A DNA stretch of 64,000 nt from Tubiluchus corallicola (taxonomy: Eukaryota > Animalia > Priapulida). Numbering within the stretch: position 1 is the first letter of the stretch; each line of letters opens with the position of its first letter. The position numbers and the translations under genes were made by a program. Location of the stretch: NCBI GenBank assembly GCA_030141605.1, contig JAQGDQ010000171.1, forward strand, positions 384,626 to 448,625. Reading direction: 5' to 3'. The notes below the pieces were generated by a model. That model made no database searches, was not told the origin of the DNA, and saw only the letters and a list, made by a program, of their open reading frames with translations. This document shows, piece after piece, positions 57,305 to 64,000 of the stretch.

Positions 57305-59148
57305 TTTACCATAATTTACCATAAGCTTCGCAATTTTCAATTTTCGTTTTAGTTATTCGACTAACAACATCTATCTTGTGGTACTGAAACGCTCTCTCAG
57401 TAGGCCAAGTTGAATTTTTTTAGTCTGAAGTTTGAATTGAAGTTTTGCGCCTTTTTGTTGCTATCATGCTAACTTGGCCTCATCAAATGTTCTGAGGAGA
57501 AGTTTGAGCCTTTTTGAACAAGTTTAGGTTACTAGTAGTGAAGTAGTACAAGTCGTAGTGAAACTAGTTAAACCAGCGGCAGCCATATCCGTTTGAATTT
57601 CCAATTCAGTCTTGGCTAATCTTACACCTAGTAGAGCAACGAAAATGTAGTCGATGGCGTACGGGCGAGTAAAATAAAATTGCATTGTTCAACAACTAAT
57701 AACTGACTCTCGCTCATTTTAACTCCCTGATTCTTGAAAAATGCCCGCAAAAATAAACTCATTTTTAATTAATTTTTTACTGAAAGGCAAACTTCTCAAC
57801 TGATTCCAGTCAGAGACACGATTTTAAACAAATACAGAGCACACTATAGAACAATAAAAAATATGGTATACAGTTGCAGTACGATTAGACCTAAATCATT
57901 ACCAAAAATCTGATCCCAAAATATAATGTTCGTCAGAATTTCAGCAAAAAATGGCTTCGCTTCTCAAAGTAAGAAGACGGGGTGTGTTGAAGATCACACT
58001 AACATGTTGAGAGACCTCTCTCTTAGCTTTTCTACAACTGTTGATTTGGACAGTCTGTGCAAATACTGAAGTAAGCCACTTCATCGACGGAAGTTATCTG
58101 ACGCTTTTTTTAAATATTCACTATTTGAATAAGTATAATTCACATATTCAACGAAATCCGTTCTCTAAAACATATGGAAGCAGAAATGAATAAGTGCTGG
58201 CTTCTACTTTCCAAGAAACTTTGTATTATTTTGAACAAAGGAAAAATATTCTGTATTTGTTATGGATTTTTTGAATTTAGCGGTGGGTGAGGTTATTAAC
58301 ATTGTACATAACTTATTAATTACCAACTAATTGTACTAATTCTAATTGTAAATCAGTTATATGTGTCTAATAGGTACAAAGATTAGAATTACAATTATAA
58401 AGATTTGCACTAACCTTGAAGAAATTAAGGCAAACCTTGTTACTGAAATGACAACGTTAACAACTTTAAAAAGGTTTACCTGCTGTTTCATGGATTTTAA
58501 TGTATGTAGAATGTCACTAATATAAATACTTATTTGAATCAATAAAAGAAAAGGAAATCATTAGGTTGTCTGCGTAAATTTCTACTAAATCACGTCATAA
58601 TAATCTTTAACCTTAACAATAGTCTTTGTATCTTCTGCAGATATCCTTGTGAAAAAATTAGACAAATCACTTTGTGCCGACGCAATTCTCTTTACATCAC
58701 GAAAAATTTAGCAAACTTGTGTTTATGCTTTATGTAAACAGGATTTTTCGAGAAACTCGCCAGAAATAGAACCTCCAGTAAACACAACATCTCATTACAG
58801 ACAGAAGTGCATTAAATCACCGAAAGGGTTGCAATTGCGCAAACACTTCAGTCGACGAGCAAGGAAGCCACAAAATGTGAGTTTAGCATTTTCCGGATCT
58901 TGCTTTATACTTTGATGCAAACACTGCGCCATTGTAACAAGGCTTATATAAAAAGAGCAGACGAAGCTGAACGACCGAATTTTAATGAATGACCGTTAGG
59001 GCGGCGCCAGCTGCCCTGAATGCGCAGCAGAATAGCGTTACCATTCTCTTCTGAGTTTCTAAACTTTGATTCTAAACTAAGGCAATAAAAGTTGCTTATT
59101 GAAACTGAGGATGTAATCAATGACGATGATGAAACGTGCTGTTATAAC

Positions 59149-61701
59149 ATGAAGGCACAGAATAGTGAAACAGAGGCAAGAACATCGGGTGATAGAAATC
59201 ACGATAAGAAATGCATTTGTGAGGATGTGTGCACTCCTAACAACACAGAGGTCCTGGAATTAACAGTGAAAAAAGATAGCATCAAGCACGAGTCTACCGA
59301 AGTTCACTTGCACGATGATAAATCATTATCCACTAGACACAACAGAGGAAACAAATCGATGCAATGTAGAAGTTATGATGATGACGACGATGATGATGAT
59401 GATGATGATGATGTTGATAAGAAAGATGATTCAACACCCCACCTATGCGATGCTCTAAATGATCAAGAAGTGTCGGAGGCAATAGAAGCATACTTGGATG
59501 AGGCAAACCAATTTCGTCAACTGGACAATAAAGACATATTGAAACGAGAGGCAATGATAAACACGAGAAAAAAATATTCATTGCTAATTGCTCTGAAAAA
59601 CAAGTTTAGTACAAACAATAGGACACCGTTTAAATTGGACTCGGTATGTATTTAAGAGTTTTTTCCCAAACTGCTTCAATATGTTTTTCGCTGATGGAGT
59701 CTTAGTATATTCTAAAATTATATGGAAAAATCTGCTAAATCTGGCTCACAAATTACGATGCTACTAATCATTAATTTGCTGAAACAAGAAATTCTATTCC
59801 ACCTGCATAAACTATATACAGCACTACTAAAACGAGTAACTGCCTTTTGAGAGAAATTAAGTTTAGATAACGATTTTTTGTCTAGCAAGCGAAACCAGTT
59901 CCTAATGAAAGCCATACCAAGCCCGACGCTACTTATAAGGTTCTTGTCATTGGAGAGTCGTCAGTTGGAAAGACTTCTTTGATTAACGTGGCGGCGAAAG
60001 GCATGGACTTTGGCCAATTTCGGAAAAATCTTGTAAGGACCGTTGGGATGGATTTCGTTAACCAAGATTACGAAATAGATAACAACTTTGCGAAAATACG
60101 TCTACAGATATGGTGAGTGTAAGCAAAAATACAATGATGATGGAATTGTTCTTCTGATAACAATAATTGAAAGGACTAACAATAAGATTCCGATGTTGCC
60201 TCCGCCCTTATAAAACTGAATTTATAAGCAGAAGTTCGGCGTTTAGGAACGTCCAGAAAAACAAGAAATTCAGCAAAACAAACAAACATTGTCCGTGACC
60301 GTCTTTTGTGAAAGTACCAATAAAGGAAGCTCTATTGAACAACAAACCTTCGAAGAGCAAGAGACTGACTGAAATCATGCCCGAACCAAACTGACAATGT
60401 AATTTTACAATCTGTCAAGTGATTATGGTAATGCCACCATCCTTGTGTGGATGCAGTACTCATTATAAGTTCTGATGGTTACGTTTTAGCTTTTTCGACC
60501 TTTTTTCGACATAAGATTTTTCTCACACGAAAATAAGAATTCAAGTCAGAACTAGGAAACTACTGTGAAATATATGTACAACAGGTAACGTAACACTACA
60601 ATGACAAAATGTATGCAAACTTTACTTTCTTTGCATTAAAGATTGCAAGCTCAATCAAGATCACAATTCAAGGCGATTTCAAGATTCCCTTGAAACTTGT
60701 TAGGCGACATGAAGTAGGACGATTTGTAAGTGTTGACTGCATACAGAGAGAAGGCTGCCCTTAGTAAACGCTTCGCAATCTATAATTGTTGACACATGAC
60801 GATACACTAATAAACTGCGTCTTGTCAGTCAAGCAGACTCTTTGGGAAGCTGAAGTATGTAAAGAACTGTAATTCTATCTTCGCCTAGGCGCATTAAATA
60901 TATGTTATTTTGATTAATATGTGGATATTTTATTTATTTTTTCGTATATTGCTCTAAACGATCGACCTTGCATCAGTTTGACTAACTAATCAAATCCTGA
61001 ATTATCAATAGTTACTATAATATTTCTTGGTAATTTAGGGATACTCCAGGTGAAGGGTTTCGCACTATAACTCGCCGTATGTACCGTGGAACAAAGGGTA
61101 TGATTTTGACCTTTGACCTTACTGACCGAATGAGTTTTAAAGCATTGCGCTATTGGCTTAAATCATTCGACCAAGAGGGATGGAGTGGAGATAACATTAT
61201 ACTAGTCGGGACGAAACGTGACCTCAAATGGCAGTGTCAAGTGACCAGGTCAGCCGCAAAAAAGGTACAGAAAAATAATAATTTATCATATTAAATCGTA
61301 TATACTTGTATTAACCTTCTAGATCGTATACACCTCTTTGCAAAATAAAGACATTCGGTTTCTTAAAAGTAAAATCATGATCTCGTCGGGCGTTATTTGT
61401 AAATTAGTTCTGATTTCTATTGTAGTTTGCAGCTTCCCACTGCATGCCTTATTTTGAAACGAGTGCGAAAGACAAGGCTGGTTTACAGCAAGTATTTTCC
61501 CAATTGGCCTTTAATTTGGTCGAGGCCTATGATAAAACACTGGTAGGTACAACTACTATTGGTATCTGTAGCTGCATTGCTTTTTCTAGTTAATTTTTAT
61601 TTTAGTTTAAAATTTTAATATCTGTATACTAACTTTTTTTCGATTAGATGGATGATCACTATATAAAGTTTAGCACACTGCCGGCCGGAATCCAGCATTA
61701 A
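59149..61701 (+). CDS. Atypical Rab-like small GTPase with a long acidic N-terminal extension, about 372 aa
   Basis: Exons 59149-59643, 59886-60112, 61039-61264, 61426-61542, 61648-61701 (TAA); phases match. G1 GESSVGKT, G2/RabF1 TVGMDF, RabF2/G3 RLQIWDTPG, RabF3/4-like FRTITRRMYRG, G4 TKRD, G5 ETSAK. Start ATG and last exon are inferred. Confidence 0.85.
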
Positions 61702-63093
61702 ATTGCTATAAATTACATGTTGATGGTTATGGCAGGACCGGTATCTATCTCATTGTAAAAGATCATCCGTTAATATGAGTCAGTTAACCAGCAGAGATGT
61801 CTTGGCCACTTTTATATTCACATACACCCAGGCTAGGCCAAAACGAATTCTAATTCACATGTATACTAATGGCCGGGTGAGGAGGATGTGTGTCAGATGA
61901 CACCGCTTAAAAACAGCGTCGAAATCTTTCGCCTTCGCAGTATTAAGCATATTTACATAGCAACTAAACGAACGTTTAACTTTTTTAGATAAAATATTTT
62001 TTCTAAACAACTTGAAACCGCTTAGTAGGTAGGCATTCATGGCTGACTAAGTGTAACAGGGATTCGCGAATGACATTAATACGTGCAACTTTTTAACACG
62101 GATTTAGGTTTCATCATTTCCCCAACAGTTATGCTTTCAATCACAGGAAAATATTTGGCTTTTAACTACGAAATGTGTTTTATGTCTACACAACATTAAC
62201 AGATACTACGAAAGTCGAAGCTATAGAATCGTAAAGTTTATAATTGCATACTGCCACGGGCTTACATTCGACGCATCTGTTTGTCATTTTGCGTCCTAGA
62301 AATTGTGAAGATGCGTGTACAGTTGGCGTACACAGCCAAATAGTATACGATGGTTTTTTCAAGTGACCACTGGCGCAAGCCCAAACCTTTGTGAAATTAA
62401 ACTTCCGTCGTCTAGATTATAACAATCACTGTAACCCTTTCATATCATACAGCTGAGGAACATATTTCTAGAACTGTGTATTTAACACATACTAGCATTT
62501 ATTCCTCGCAAAACCCGCCCAACTCAGGCTTCACTAGGTCACACCAACTTAATGAATCTGCTGAAAGGAAGCCAGTGTTCTCTCGCGTGTGCCCAGCAAC
62601 CATCGCACAACCGAAGCCTTTTAATATATAAATCGTTATTATCAAAGGGATTACCTCGAACAGTTACATAAGCATAGCTTTCGTATTAAGCCAACCTTTC
62701 TGTACTTCTCTGTCAAATTATATATATAACAATTTGGGATTGTCGGAGTTATCATTTATTGGTAAAGCTCTTTACCGAGACTAATTATATCAGACTAATT
62801 TACACAAGAATTGTAATCGCTAGAATACATTTCATTTTTCAATTTACTTCAGCAATTAAAACTCAGTTACACATTTTTGGACCCTGCAGAATTTTCAATT
62901 GCCAAAAAGCTTGAATTCAAAACATGCAATTATTATTAATTTATTCCCTCGTTAATCTTCGAATTAAGGATCATTGCATATAAATAAATTAATTACAAAC
63001 TTTTCTTTCATTTCGGTTTCTCTAAGTGTGGGTTATTTCTTTCATTAATAAATAATCTTAAAATTAAAATTATAATAATAAATTTAAATTAGG

Positions 63094-63095
<2 letters not shown>

Positions 63096-63175
<80 letters not shown>

Positions 63176-63183
63176 TATATATA
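63096..63183. repeat. (CT)n(AT)n microsatellite
   Basis: Directly visible. Confidence 0.95.
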
Positions 63184-63479
63184 GTAATTTCTATTTTAAG
63201 CTTTTAAAAAGATAAATTATTGGATTGAAATTCGCCCAAATAAGATCGACGTTTTTTTCATTGACTTTTTAATTATCTAGTCGAGTTTGACACTTTCGGT
63301 CAACCTTGAGGCTAATCTTTTGCCTCTTGGCTTCCATTTTTGTTTTGAAATTTTATTTGTATAAGTTTTGGATGGACTGCCTAGAATCTGTGAAAGTGAG
63401 TACTGTAAGCAGCAGCAATCTGTGTTACTAGTAAGAAACAGTAAATCAACTAAACGAGAGACATAGAAATAGTTCAACT

Positions 63480-63773
63480 CATTCTTAATAGCTCACGTTA
63501 TTCCAAATTCAACACCTGAGATGTACCCCCATTGCCTATACGCGATTGGGATTCCAGGCGCACTATTTAAAAGTTGAAACTGATAGATGGCGTAACGTAG
63601 ACAGAAGACTGAGACTCTGTAATTGTGGAGAAATGCAAACTGAAAAGCAATGTCATTTAATAGCTGAAACTAGAAAAAGATTCAGCAATGTAGACATTAC
63701 ATGCTTAACGTCAATTATGAATAAAAATTTGGTTTTTGAAATCTGTTTTAACAATCTAAAAGTTTATGAATAA
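63480..63773 (+). mobile_element. LINE ORF2 C-terminal remnant
   Basis: HYLKVETDRW..RLCNCGEMQTE matches the HxLxVETGRW..RxC..C pattern of LINE C-termini. Confidence 0.65.
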
Positions 63774-64000
63774 GAAAACACACTAATTTTTGCAAGTACC
63801 GTAATGAAGTGTTACAATTCTGTAAAATTCTGTAAGCTCGTATACATTGTCTCTGTCTACATTGCTGAATCATCTTCTAATTTCAGTTTAGTCATTATCG
63901 TATCTTCGTATCTTTTTTCCACTGATGTTAAATGACAATTTGCTATTGTGAACTTTTTAACCTTTGTATAATGTTGTTGTTTTCTGAAAAGGAGAAATGG

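Overview
AT-rich, intron-containing animal (invertebrate-like) genomic DNA, not prokaryotic. Most ORF-track entries are exon fragments, antisense shadows or microsatellite artefacts. Splicing by hand (GT/GC-AG sites, intron phases checked) gives four genes. (1) The 3' part of an unidentified acidic/Ser-rich protein gene (+, <1-7397). (2) A complete 14-exon secreted animal heme peroxidase (-, 33515-9872, 808 aa) with a 134-aa Gly/Pro/Arg-rich insert containing a furin-like site, an in-frame 18-bp duplication and a GC-AG intron. (3) A divergently transcribed rhabdomeric (Gq-type) opsin (+, at least 45259-50945) with the retinal-binding Lys, several lost prolines and a long tail ending in a PDZ-type motif. 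(4) An atypical Rab-like GTPase (+, 59149-61701) lacking both the catalytic Gln and a prenylation motif. Introns and spacers hold an apparently complete 5S-rRNA-derived SINE with target-site duplication, an inverted repeat with Penelope-type minimal hammerhead motifs, three MITE families, tRNA-derived remnants, LINE 3' fragments and many micro/minisatellites. All calls were made by eye, without database searches.
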